Positions 44,801 to 57,900 of a stretch of DNA of 64,000 nt are shown piece by piece. The notes beneath the pieces are model-generated. The model had not been told where the DNA came from, did not search any database, and was given only the letters and a program-made list of their open reading frames with translations. The first letter of the stretch is position 1; every line of letters begins with the position of its first letter. The position numbers were made by a program, and so were the translations under genes. Source of the stretch: Bugula neritina (lineage: Eukaryota; Animalia; Bryozoa); NCBI GenBank assembly GCA_964035545.1, contig OZ037768.1:12345475-12409474 (forward strand), in the 5' to 3' direction.

Positions 44801-47029
44801 CTTCAAACTTTTAAATCTTATAAAATTTATAATTTTCCTACCATACCTACTGGTTATTAAAAATTTCAGATTAATTCAATGTAGTATTGTATCATGCTAT
44901 TCATCACTGTTGAGAAAAAAAGGAGTTTTCCGCTGTCAAAATTGCCCCTGATAGTTGCACCCCAGCAGTCAGATTATGTAACTTCTATTTGTCCCTTGTG
45001 AGAACAAAAGTAATTGCAATTAATTACGTTACCATGTAATTGTAACTAATTTCATTAATTTTTAACTGTAATTGTAATTGACAACTTTTCATGTAAATGT
45101 AATTGACCCCAACCCTGGTCATTGGTTAGGTTAGCCAGTACATTGCATATCTATATACTATACTAATTACTTATTCATGCAGAATGTTTACTATTTACAC
45201 ATAACCTTTATACCCATATATATGTCACTTATTAAGGATGCTCTCATCTCCAGTCTTCCATATATATTCATGTGGCTCTTCATCCCATCCACTGGCTATG
45301 CCATAGATGTTGCTAGAGAAAAACAAATCCTCTCCACTACTGCGGCTAGAAAACTCGTCACTTTTATAGGTAAACCTTTTCTGTATGTATTACTATTCTA
45401 ATAGCAGATTCTAAATGTATGGTCAAGCTAAGAGCTTGTCATTCAAGTGTTTTTGAGTCTGATGTTTTAAATGCTGACTTAATACTTTAGTATGGTGCAT
45501 TCATACTGGCATATTGTTTCAAGTAAATAATGGTTTCTTTCATATAGTAATTATATTAAATAATGGTTTCTTTCATATAGTAATTATATTAAATAATGGT
45601 TTCTTTGTATAGTTTGTTGTAATAAAATAAATGTAGAATTGTTTATTAACCCATCGATAGCGTTTATGCATAAAACTATTTTTCTAAAATGGCTAAAGTT
45701 AATGTATAAAAATAAGCATGCCAGTCAGATTGTAATTATACTTTCTCACGACTTGGTTTGACTCCTGATAGTTTATGTTAGGGTATAATTACTGTGTCAG
45801 GCGTTACTGTGGTTTGACCTTGTACAGTCGACAAGCTGTGATCTCAAATACTACTATGTAAGAGCATTGTCATAGCTGATAATAGAATGAATAATAAACT
45901 AAATGAGTCATATTCTTTTCTTTCCACAGGTTTTTTAGTTCCCGCCGCTTGTCTGACTGCTATTGGGTTTGTTGGGTGTAACACAACGCTGGCTGTTGCT
46001 TTACTTTGCATTTGTGGTGCGTTCGATGGAGTGTCACAAACCGGTTTTAATATCAATCATTTGGATATAGCTCCTAAATATGCAAGTATGTAGCAGAAAG
46101 AATTTCTTTTGTGTTAATATTACCTGTACACCAGTTATTTTGGTAGCAAATGTATTTTCTGTATTTAATGTTCATTGGGAACCTACAGCATACATTATGT
46201 CTTCATTACCATCATACATTAGTTACCATTGGCCTGTTTAAATATTTATGGGAATATGTGTGCATCTCTTAAGGTATAATTTTTTATCTGGTTTTGTATT
46301 AAAAATATTTATAGAATGTGCTAATATTACAGTTAATATCTGCTATACAGAACAAATCAATATTTTAGGCATCTTGATGGGAGTAACCAATACCATAGCT
46401 ACAATTCCTGGATTTCTGGGCCCTCAAGTTGTTGGCTGGCTTACAACTAACAATGTAAGATTTTCTATTTATATATTTCTGCAAACAAATAAAGAAGTAG
46501 AGAAACATAATATCAGGAACACAATATACCCTGCCATATTTATTGTATCAACTAATATACATATATACTAATAGCACAATTGTTATGTTGACCAGTCCTA
46601 AGCCTATATTGTTCCTAAATTTAAAATTGCAATTTTAAAATATATGTTTTTCTATAAGTTCAAATTGAATTCAACTACTCTTCTGACTTCCTAGTATGAG
46701 AAACTATCATTAATTTATGACTATATGCTATGCAGCTATCACGTGTTATATATTTCACCGAGTTATTTACACACAACTTTAGCTTCTACACTCTATACTG
46801 GTTGTAGTCAACGAGTGAGCAATGGAGATCTGTATTCTACATATCAGCTGAAATCTATGTATTTGGGATCATCATATACATGCTTCTTGGAAGTGGAGCT
46901 ATACAGCCCTGGGCTACCAGTCAGGTGCTGTATGAGCCCGTGTCAACTGAGGACACAAACGGTGACTGTGATTTGCTATCAACGGTGAATCAACCAGCTC
47001 TAACAGATAGTAACAGTGTACCAGCATAA
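41873..47029 (+). CDS. SLC17A5: Sialin-like SLC17 anion transporter (MFS), 11 exons
   Basis: Exons ~41873-41885, 41987-42177, 42734-42852, 43098-43227, 43474-43648, 43798-43937, 44066-44216, 45238-45369, 45930-46085, 46369-46454, 46809-47029. Motifs [102 protein letters not shown]. Start codon tentative because the frame stays open to an upstream AG; orthology within SLC17 not tested. Confidence 0.9.
44448..44525 (-). mobile_element. tRNA-derived SINE-like head (copy 2)
   Basis: Minus strand GCCCCTAC...GAAGTCTGAGGTTCGATTCCCAGTGGGGGGCA with B box, homologous to 23509-23580. Confidence 0.6.
44644..45117. mobile_element. hAT-type MITE (474 bp)
   Basis: Ends CAGAGTTGGGGT... and ...GACCCCAACCCTG form imperfect TIRs. 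Flanks GTAATTGG (44636-44643) and GTCATTGG (45118-45125) match 7/8 as an 8-bp TSD. Many subterminal GTAATT motifs; no ORF. Confidence 0.85.
45524..45613. repeat. 33-bp tandem repeat, ~2.7 copies
   Basis: taaataatggtttctttcatatagtaattatat twice, plus a partial third copy. Confidence 0.9.
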
Positions 47030-48299
47030 TATCTTGTTCTCTGGGAATAATACATATTTGCCTGTATTATATTCTGACTTGCTCAAAAGTTTGCTCTAGC
47101 TGTATAATGCCTGGTCTGAATATATAATGTTTTATTAATTGAAATTTTGTAGGCTAAATATAAATCTTTTTTATAAGTTTATATTCAGGTTAATGTAAAT
47201 TGGTGCTAGAAGTTAACTCCATGAATAGCAATTTGGGTTATTCTGATGCAGTTTTTACTGAAATTTCTCAAAAAGACCTTGGCATGAAAGTCTGTATATT
47301 TTGCTATCACTGATTTTACTGTATTTATTTCGTCATATTTATATATTATATTTTATTTTGATTAACAGATTAAATTGTATTGCTGTGACTTGAAAGCAGC
47401 CAATTATGCTTCTTAACCTCTCACTTCAAAAAGTTTGTATATTTAAATTAAAAGGATAAACAAAATGTATACATAATATATTAGTGACGTATTACCATGG
47501 AAACCCTGAAATTATTGAACTGACTTATTTGAACCTATATTTTTAAATACACAAGTTAAAAGTCCACTAAGTTATTCTCCATCACATCAGCTTTAACTGT
47601 CTAGACTAAGCTGCATTTACTCTAAATGCACTAGTACTGAGAAAGGTTCTTTGTCAACACAAAACTTCCATTATAGGAACTGCACATTATTATTGCATGC
47701 ATTATGATTGATAGTTTACGGGTCAGAAGTGCATGACAACAGTATTTTAAAAAGAATGCAAGCTTGATTACAAACAAAAACTTAATTCTTGCCCTGGAAG
47801 CCAAAATTAATTATTTCTTCAGAACTTTCCTTTTCTAAGCCAAATACAAGTAATGATAATATATCAGTAATTAGCAAATAGCCCTAATTATATGTTCACT
47901 GGAAATTGTATTTTTATACAGCTAGCGATACGAAGCATATTTCATGTTGCCATGGTATAGTGCTTTCCATATTTTCTACTTTCTACATGTTATTATGAAA
48001 CTTGCATAATTAATTGTAACATCAATACAAGATATAATTTACTGCACCCTTTTATTGTCTTAAGAGTTGTCTTACTTTGCGTGCTGAAAAAACAATAAAT
48101 GTGCGAGACTAATAGTGATGCAAAATTGTAAGCATAGAAACTGTGATAAAAATTTATTACAATGCTTTAAATTTTTAATGAAAATTTATTTGCGTATAAA
48201 TATTTTATATATATTTATGCAAAAACAAATGTGATATTCAATTAGAAAACATGTATTATTATATGGAGTCATGTTGTGATTTACACTCATGGCCCCAAA

Positions 48300-48926
48300 C
48301 TCAAAGAGTGTATAACTTATTCGTAGTCTTACTCTTAGTCTTACAGTTTCAGCTTCAGTTTGAGTTACAGCTTGAGTTATTACACTAGTATTACTATTAG
48401 TAGTAGTACTAGTATAACCAATACTATACCTATATTATCATTTTCTCACTAAAAGTAAAACTGTTGTCAACAGTTTAAATATCATTTTGATTTTACTTTT
48501 AGTTTTACTTTTACTTTTAGTGATTGCAATCTGAGTCACAGTAAAAATAGAACTAAAAGTAAAAAGGACGATCACAGTGACAATCACAATGACTCAGTTT
48601 CAATGAGTAAAACATTAAACATCACAATGACTCAATGAGTAAAACAATCACAATGACACTGAATGTAATTAAATCAGGAAAATAATAATCATTCAATTAA
48701 TGAATTATCAATAGCATAGCAAGTAGTTATAGTAATCGCAAAGCAGTATTGATTATAATCATAATAATAATCATAATGACTAAGGAGTGTATAAACTGAA
48801 TCATAAAGTAACTTTAAAACTAAGAGTAAGAAATTATCATTATGATAATCATAATGATAATGGTTAAATTTAAAAGTAATGTGAATGTCTGTTACATCTG
48901 TTAGCGTTATTCACTTAAATTTAATA
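48300..48926. repeat. Degenerate hexamer-periodic tract, interrupted by the Gypsy element
   Basis: agtctt-actctt-agtctt, actttt-agtttt, aatcat/aatgat runs; similar periodic sequence resumes at ~53819-53960. Confidence 0.7.
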
Positions 48927-48931
48927 ATTAT

Positions 48932-49163
48932 TGTTATATTCTTACCTTCATATAAAGATGTGGACGTTGCAGTCAATGACAAAATATGTTAACAGTAGTA
49001 AAACAAGAATTTAAAAGTATTACTGTGGCTGGCCAGCCGAAACCTAAACTCAACTTGACTAACATTCGAATTTCTATCATCTGCCCCGCTGGGGGTCATA
49101 TCCGCTTAGCCGCGGTCCTCTTTTTCCGACCTCCGGTGTGGCATTGTAACACTATACACAACA
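48932..49163 (-). repeat. 3' LTR
   Basis: Direct repeat of 53582-53813 with 10 substitutions by hand count. Abutted by polypurine tract GAGAGGGAGGA (minus, 49164-49174). Confidence 0.95.
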
Positions 49164-49392
49164 TCCTCCCTCTCAACAAAGAACTGTGATACCCCGTGTA
49201 AAATAAACGTAACATCCTTTACCAGTAATATGACAGTAACAGTGAAGATGAACATAATATAAAGAAATAAAATAAAAAGTAACATCATATATGTGTAGAA
49301 TCTCCAAAGAAGACAGGACAATAAGAGCTAACTGACTGAAGTGTAGTAAAAACAAACTATGTACAAAGTAAGGAGTACCAAAGCCTCCTAGT

Positions 49393-52300
49393 TTATATCA
49401 AAATCTTTAAATCTTGATGGAAGCACCCCTCTACTAGACCTAACACCTCGCCTACCGATAGGGGGACAACACTGCGAGTTGGGGTAACTGCTTTAATCTC
49501 CTGGTCCGACACAACTGGTGTTGGAAGATTGGGGTTTGGTAGCTCTTCAGTATCCGGTGTGTTAGAAGAGTCCAGCTCGGAACTAGGACGAACAAAGGTA
49601 TTTTTGGGCTTCAAATGGACTCGATTTCTCCTTAGGATTCAAGACCCGTTATCAACGAGGTATGACCTCGGTGCACCATGATGTCTAACCACACATCCAG
49701 GTGTCCAGATCTTTTCTGGACCAGCTCTCATGAATACTTCGGAGCCTAGGGGTATGTTGGGTAGCTCCTTTGCCCGCTGATCATAATATGCTTTAGCTGT
49801 CTGTTGTCTTGCTTTGAGAGCACCAGTTAAATTCACTGTATTTGAAGTCAGGAATGCTGCTGTCGTCGGGAGTCCAGTTCTCAAATTCCTGCTGAAAAGC
49901 ATCTCTGCTGGACTATATCGACAACCACTCAGTGGTGTCTCTCTGTAAACTAGTAGAGAGTGATACACATCAACTTGAGTTTGTTCACACTTCCTTAAAA
50001 ACTGCTTCACAGTCTGAACGTACCGTTCAGCAAGACCATTTGATTGATGATGGTGTGGACTATAGGTAACAATATCAAAACACCAATCCTTACCAAACTG
50101 TTTCATCACATGACTTGTAAAGGGCATATTGTCCGCCATAATGGATTTGGGCACACCATGAATTGAAAACATAGATTTCAGGGCCATGACAACATGTTCT
50201 GCAGTTTTTCCACCTAATAAACGTAGTTCGGGAAAGTGACATACAGTCAACTACTAAGTAGTCCTGACCGCGAAACTGCATTATATCCATGAGTACAGTG
50301 TACCACGGCAATGTGGGCGTGTCATTAGGCATAAGTGGCTCTTTTGACTGCCTGTTCGCAAACATAGCACACTCACTGCACACGTTAACCTTTGAATAGA
50401 TGTCCTGATTCAGTCCCGGCCAATAAACAGACCTACGGGTTCGCTCTTTACATTTATGTATTCCCAAATGTCCCTGGTGAATCCTGTTCAACATTTCTTT
50501 TCGTGCACCAACCGGAACAACTAGGCGCTCACCTACGAAAAGAAAACCACCAGCTTCATATAATTCATCTCTCACCAGCCAATAGGGTTGTAGGTTGGCA
50601 GGTGCATGACTACGATGGGTCCAGTCCCAACCCTCTTGGCACGCCTGCTTGAGATCCAACATTGTTGTGTCATCCAAATATGCCGTACTCAACCAGTCAC
50701 TCATCTCACTTGCAACCTCTATCGAGTGAACCATCACTGCTTCATCCTCCAGGTCAGCTTAGGTCGACGGAGTCTTAGTGCTATACGCTCTAGACAGAGT
50801 GTCAGCAAGATAGAGATATTTCCCTGGGACATAGGTGACCTGGGCTATTTCATAACGTTGTAATCTCAGGAGCAGTCGTTGTAGCTGTGGAGATGCTTTA
50901 TGTAAGGTTTCTTCATTATAGATAACAAGAGACTGTGATCAGTCTGTAGTGCTATAGGACGACCATAAACGTAGCTATGGAAGTACTCACAGCCAAAGCC
51001 CATAGCTAGTAACTCTATCAATTTGGGGATAATTGATCTCAGCACTGGTCAGGGCCCGAGAGCCATAGGCTACAGGCCTACCCTGCTGTAGTAGCACAGC
51101 ACCAAGCCCAGACTTAGAGGCATCTACTTGGAGATTTACCGGCTTGGTTACATCAAAGTACTTCAAAACACTGTCATTCATGAGAACACTTCTGATATTG
51201 GCCATGGCTGATTGCTGTTCTGGACCCCAGAACCAATCCACATCCTTCTTCAAAAGGCATCTGAGAAGTTCAGTAATTGTGGACATATTCGGAATGTAGT
51301 TCTAAAGAAAGTTGACTGTGCCCAACAGCCGTTGCACACCATTTCTGTCAGTGGGTTCAGGCAATGTCTGCAATAGCTGACACTTTGTTTGGGTCGGGTT
51401 TTAGACCATCTACGGACACAACATGCCCAAGGTAGTTGACTTCTTGACGATCGACTTGAATTTTTTCTTTGTTAAAACGCACATTGCACTCCCGGGCTCT
51501 CTGCAATACTTTGTGGAGGTTATTGTCATGTTCCGCTTGCGTGCGACCGGCCACAATGAGGTCATCAAAGTATATGGAGACCGCTAGATCACCAAAAATC
51601 TGTTCGACACGTTTTTCGAACACTTCGGCAGATAAGTGAAGGCCAAACGGTAGTCTTTTATAGCAATATCTGCCAAATGCAGTGTTGAACATGGTGAGAA
51701 GACTACTTTCAGGGGATAGCCAGATATGCCAATAGCCATGCTTCATATCCGGAATAGTAAAGTGTTTCATGCCATTAAACCTGAATGCAATATCCTCCAA
51801 AGTAGGAATTTTATGATGTTCACGTCGAACTGCACGATTTAAGTCTTTTGGGTCCAGACAAATGCGCACAGAACCGTCTTTCTTTTCGACACAAACCATA
51901 CTATTTACCCACAAGGTTGGTTGATCTACTTTCCTAATAATGCCGACAGACTCCATCCGCTCCAGTTCACTCTTAACACGATCCATCATGCTAAGGGGTA
52001 CACGCCTTGGCGGGTGAATCACTGGTTTTATAGACGCGTCTATCGATATGTTATGTTCACCATCCAAGCACCCAATCCCTTCAAAAACATCAGGATATTC
52101 GGCCAGGATGTCTGCCGGAGTGATCTCATTAACTCTTTGCACAATTTTTAGTAACTCACATGCCTCTAAACCTAAAATTGGTGCTAGATTATTGGGAACC
52201 ACCTCAAATCTCAAATTATAACTTATATCTGAATAGGGAAGACTTACAGGCAGTGTTACACAGCCTGAAGTCTGTATGCTAGACCTGTTGTACCCCAGGA

Positions 52301-53324
52301 GTCGGACCTTGGATGGTTTTATTTCTACACCCAATTTATTGGCCATCGCTTCAGTTACATTATTTGTTTCGGCTCCTGTGTCAACTTTGAAAGAATTTTT
52401 TTCATTGCCCTTCAACTTGACATACACAAAGCACGACTTCTGAGCCTCGACTGCCTCTACCATTCCGATAAACAAGGTTGAAAGATTTTTATCCAGCACT
52501 TCTTCTCCAGTCTCAACTCCAACGGCATGAACGAGCTTTTTTGGGCATCGTTTTTCAAAGTGATTTAAACCATGACAACTGTTACACTTTTTGCCATATG
52601 CCGGACATTTGCCGTAGACATGTTCATACGAACATAATCTGCATTTTATCTTTTTGTCAGTGGTAAGGCCACCCTTGTGAATGGGTTTGTTGACAACAGT
52701 GGCAACCTGTCTCATCGCTAAAGAAGACTTATCCCCACCAGCAATCAGACTCAGCTGTGCTTCGGTCATCTCAGTAGCCCGAATATCCTCTACGGCTTTT
52801 TCTAATGTCATCGTGTTGTCACGAAGTAATCTTTCCTTCAGCTTTACAGATGTCAAACCAAAAACGATACGACATAGCAACATCTTTGACTTCACACCCT
52901 CTGGAAAGTCACACCGTGATGCCTGTGACTTGAGTCGCTTTAAATATACATCTGTGGGCTCACTTTCAGTCTGCGACATCGACCAGAACACAAACCACTT
53001 ATAGAGCTCATTTTTTCTCGGGTTACAATATGTATCAAACATATCCAGTACATCACTTAGTACCGTCTTACTTTTCCCAGCCGGGGCCTCCAACTGTGTG
53101 AAAATCTCGTTGGTCTCGTCGCCAGCAATATGCAGAAACATTGCCATCTGCCTCCGGGATATGGCTGCATTGCCGGCAGGTTCAGGGTCTGTGGGACTCG
53201 CTTTGGGAGTTAGAACTACATCAATGGCCATCAAATAATTTTCAAAATTTCTGCGGAACCGTTTCTAGTTCTCAGACACATTGCCCTCAAAACACATCCC
53301 AGAAGGCTGTCTGAGACCATCCAT
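49393..53324 (-). pseudogene. Disrupted gag-pol polyprotein
   Basis: Starts MDGLRQP...GNVSEN*KRF (TAG at 53265-53267 in place of Trp). Double Zn knuckle CRLCSYEH..CPAYGKKCNSCHGLNHF; protease VDTGAE; RT YFDD; RNase H VDASKSGLGAVL; integrase HQGHLG/CxxC, DN, SNGLAER. Frame changes near 51357, ~51000, ~50800, ~50255 and ~49640. Confidence 0.92.
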
Positions 53325-53570
53325 GACCTTATCAAACAATGGACAAATTCACAAACCACAAAAGAACACCAGCACAAAACTAAACTGCAACCATTAAAAG
53401 AGCTGCAGGTTCAACATAAAAAAATAAACACAAAACTTCAGGCAGAACAACAGCAAGTATTAAACAAACAATTCAAATCACTGGAATAGTAGGGAAAGCC
53501 GTCAACGAATTGATGGCTCACAATCAGTGAATCATATAATCAAACTCAATCTGCAGCTGAAGCCAGTACG

Positions 53571-53581
53571 CGCTGCCACCA
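53571..53581 (-). other. Primer-binding site, probably tRNA-Leu
   Basis: TGGTGGCAGCG directly after the 5' LTR, complementary to ...CGCTGCCACCA, the 3' end of animal tRNA-Leu(AAG/TAG). Confidence 0.8.
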
Positions 53582-53813
53582 TGTTATATTCTTACCTTCA
53601 TATGAAGATGTAGGCGTTGCAGTCAATGACAAAATATGTTAACAGTAGTAAAACAAGAATTTAAAAGTATTACTATGACTGGCCAGCCGAAACCTAAACT
53701 CAACTTGACTAACATTCGAATTTTTATCGTCTGCCCCGCTGGGGGTCATATCCGCTTAGCCGCGGTCCTCTTTTTCCGACCGCCGGTGTGGCATTGTAAC
53801 ACTCAACACAACA
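53582..53813 (-). repeat. 5' LTR
   Basis: Direct repeat of 48932-49163, followed by the PBS. Confidence 0.95.
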
Positions 53814-53963
53814 ATTATATTTATTTATATTATATTTTTTTAATTGTCAACTATTAGTATTACATTTACTCTAAATATAAGTGTGCTGTTTAACTATAAG
53901 TGAAAATGAAATTGAATATCAATTTCAAACTTTGATTCAAAGTAATCGCAGATCACTCTAATA

Positions 53964-54759
53964 ACTTATTCAGACGGTCAATGAATTGGACAAATAGCGG
54001 GCCAAAATGGCACGACGGATGCGAATTTTGTTTGTTTTGGATCACGTGATCGGACCACTGCATCAATTGCGCCAAACTAACATCTTTTGATTGGTCTGAC
54101 AGTAGAAGAGTTTCTTCGTTTTGGATCACGTGATTGACCTTTCGAAATTTCGTTGGAACCTGACCCAGCAAGGTTTCAGCTGACGAATTTTTTCTGATTG
54201 CACTCCATTGGCTTTCTTCAAAAAGCGTGGGCATCATTCACATGGCAAACAAGTTGCTCAAGCAGCATTGCTTGTAACTAAATTAAATAATCAATATTTC
54301 AGTAATATTGATAATAATAAATAATAACTAATTAAAATAAACAAATTTTTAGGAAGCGTATTATTTTGCTAGTCAGCAGCATCTTGAAATTATTTCAGGC
54401 AGTTTTCATGACATAAGTACGTTTTTTTATAGAAATTGTCAAAGTTTGACCAGCTGCACTGTATCAGTATAATCTTTGTGATCCTAAATACAAAAGATGC
54501 ATGTAAGCAACTAAGTCGATGTGAACAATGAGTAGCAGTGATTTGAAAAAAAGTTAAGATGTAGTTAAATTGAAATTGATGCAACTGAATCATTTCACCT
54601 AAAGTAGACACTACCAGCTTCTATTTCATTTTATAATTAATCCAGCTAAAAATTATTTGATCACTTGATTCGATCACGTGATCCAAAACGAACCAAATCT
54701 GCATTCGACGTGCCATGATGGCTTGCTATTCGTAGAATTCGTTGACCGTCTGAATAAGC
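53964..54759. mobile_element. Non-autonomous DNA transposon (MITE) with ~100-bp TIRs
   Basis: Left end ACTTATTCAGACGGTCAATGAATT...TTTTGGATCACGTGATCG aligns to the reverse complement of the right end GCTTATTCAGACGGTCAACGAATT...TTTTGGATCACGTGATCG (~80% identity). TA on both sides; superfamily not assigned. Confidence 0.85.
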
Positions 54760-54973
54760 TACAAGTCAATTATTGATTAAATAATAATTAATATATTTAC
54801 CAGATCATCAAAATGAATTGTTAGTATTTCTATAGACGTAGTCTATACTAATAGTAATGCTCCCATTGAGCAATAGAGACATGGTGTTCCAGTACTAATA
54901 TAAAAATAAGCTTGAACTCTACTTCTGGAGACTGGAGTTTACTAATTAAATTTTCTTTTTTTGAAAGTGTGAC

Positions 54974-57900
54974 ATGGCTACTCCAATACCTTCTATAGAG
55001 ATGCTCAATGAAGACTGCTTACTTCTAATATTTGATCTTCTTTCTTTATCAGACAGAATAAGCTGTGAAGCAGGTATGATGGTTGGATAAGCCTAAAGCA
55101 TGAATATACTGATGATAGCATATTGCGAAAAGCGTAATTTTAAATAAATTTGCTTGCAATATATGTTGTCAGCATTATTTATTTAATTTGTCCCTGAAAA
55201 CTAATGTGGTTATACTAATTTTAGTATGTACTTCTTGGAACATCATTAGCAAGAAAACATGGCGAAAAATAAAAGTAGTAAATATGCTGGAACTTGTGAG
55301 ATTAATTTGGGACCGAAAGCCTCTTATTTCTGATATGGAGTTTATTTTATCAAGAACTTCTAAAACTTTGACCACATTGAATCTTTCTGATTGCTCTTTT
55401 CCAAATCTTGAGGAGAACATTTCACACATCTTAGGTAAGAAACGTATTTGTTGGCCATTATGTTGTGAAGTTTGGGCACTAAAATAATAGATTTAACACA
55501 CACAGTTTTTTCCATTTTTTAAAACACCAAATGTGATCAAATTATTTCATTGTTTTTTTTATAAGAATTACTTGACGGAGACCTGCAAAACCTGATAATT
55601 AATGATCTGTTTGAATCTGTGTTGAAAAAGAAAGTAATGCAGACTTTATTAAAGCACTGTCCCAATTTGAAAGTAAGTACTATAAGAGGAAGACAAATCT
55701 GTCAAATTAAATTTTGCACTGAATATTTGATATGTTTAGGTCAATAGCTTTATTGTGGAGTTCTTTTGTAATAAAAATTATTCCGTTGATAAAAAGGCAA
55801 TTTTAAATACATAACGTTTGATTCAATATGATTTTGGACCTAATATGAATTAATTTTTATCTAAAATACTTTAATCATTTATTTGAGTAGTTTACATATA
55901 TGTGTTACTTCTTTAGCATTTGAGTTTGGTACAAACTGAGTTTAAAGATAACAGGTAAGTCATATTGTACGAATATAAAATTATAAAATATAATTGAGAT
56001 GTTCGTGTAGTCCATAGTAATGGGATCATACTATCAGTACATACTGCTGTATGCACGGCGTTCTATACTCTTGTGTTTTAGTCTACAATCCTTACTGGCC
56101 CACCTACCTCAGCTGGAAAGTTTAAATGTTGCTAGAAATGAGATACCAGTTGATTTCATGACTCATTGCCCTTCTCTACTCAAACTTGACATAACTGACT
56201 GTCAGGTATGGTAATATTCTGGTATCATTGCAGCCTTAGATATTTTCCCATTTCATCACAAGTAATCTTACTTGTTCATATAATATGTTACTTACAAACA
56301 CCTACTACTAAAATTTTTTCCTATGGTTTATGGGGTTTAATTTATTAATGCTGCATTATTTGCATTACTGATGGCAATAAAACTGTTATTAGTTGATAGT
56401 ACTAATAGTATGAGTGTTAATAATATTAATAAAATAAAAAAATAATACTTGTATGAAATTTTACAGAAGCAAAATTTCAGCTAGTTTAATGTTGTTTTTG
56501 AAGCTTCAGAAATTTAATGAAAAGTTAACTTGTTGATAATAGTACAGCGTTTTGACACAGATCTACTGTTGCTAAAGTTTTCTTCACATTAAAATGGGGG
56601 CCATAACTCTTATCTTGCTATCATTTTGGTAGTACAGCTTGTTCTTGACTGCTCTAAAAGTTAAATGAGTTACCGCTTTTTACTTTGTAGCTTCAAGCTT
56701 TCACTTTTGCCAGTCATTTTGATATCATAACAGAATTTAGCACCAGTCTGCAGAATTCTTCTGTTGAGGACCTATCTGTGTCACCGGAAATGATCTACGG
56801 CGACTTTAGTATGCCTAAACTGAAAGCGTTAACAATTACCTGCTGTGAGCGTAGTACTCGTAAGTTTTTGAACTTATTTGTATCTTGTCATCCTTGACCT
56901 TGGTAGTTGACAAATAATGAGAGTAGGGGTAATCATCTTTTCGTTTATAAAATTAAAAAATACACGTTTGTTAATTGCATTGTGTTTCTGGTAAAAGTTG
57001 AAGCTCTTATGCAATATTTTGTAGCTGGACCAACTGCAATAGATTTCTCTGGCGTACCCCTGTTGGTAAGTAGTCTAGTCTAAATATGTTTGTCACTTTG
57101 TGAACAGTTGCCATTCTTAGACTAGGGCAGCATAATAGTGTAATAGATAATATAAATTACATATAATCGTGCATAGTGAGATTTTACGTACTAAATAGTT
57201 CAATAGATATATAAATTGCATATAATCTTGCATAAAAATGAGAATGCTAGTATTTTAATTAAAAATTATATATTTTAACAATATACGTATTTGTTAGCAT
57301 ATTTCTCAGTTTTGTGAAGACACACTCTCATAAGGGGCGTGTCTTTATCTGGTATTGATATAATTATATTTCGTGTGATAACAGGAGGAGCTCACTGTAC
57401 ACGTGGCCAAACCGTTTCTAATCCAGTCTGAAAATCTCAAATCTGTTAGCAGAAGTTGTCCAATGCTCAAGTAAGTCAACTTTTTTATTATTGACCAGGT
57501 AACAATGAATTTAATTGTCACTAATAGTTACTCAAAGCAAATCTTGTTTAAGTATAATTAAAGTATTGCAAATTGTATCCTATGCATTCTCTTTGGTTTA
57601 ATTTTATATTACGGAATGAGCACTCAACAACTTGACGGCAACGGCATGTGTATAATTGCGTTATAAAAAGTTTGCTTATATTGTTTTTGACAATAGTTTG
57701 TCACCTCTCAACTGGTGGTATAGTTTCACATTGTTACCGAATTTCTCCACCTGTAAATGCTCCATCAATTTTACTGTTCAATCTTGATAAATTAAAACTA
57801 TAATAACCTAATGTTTGCAATGTATTGAAAATTTTCAACAATGACTCTAAAGTGTTCAACTTTTTGCATGATTTGTTGCAGTTCACAAACCGATTTATAT

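Larger units (their letters stand above)
48932..53813 (-). mobile_element. Ty3/Gypsy LTR retrotransposon, Mag-clade-like, full length but decayed
   Basis: Two 232-bp TG..CA LTRs, 5-bp TSD ATTAT (48927-48931 and 53814-53818), PBS, PPT, and gag-PR-RT-RH-IN order. Confidence 0.97.

Noticed and set aside
48986-49189. Duplicated small ORF (also 53636-53857)
   Set aside because: Incidental reading frames within the two LTRs.
55088-55140. CTGATGA...GAAA hammerhead-like string in F-box intron 1 (similar strings near 21103 and 1050-1090)
   Set aside because: Stem II does not close on the core and stems I/III are missing.
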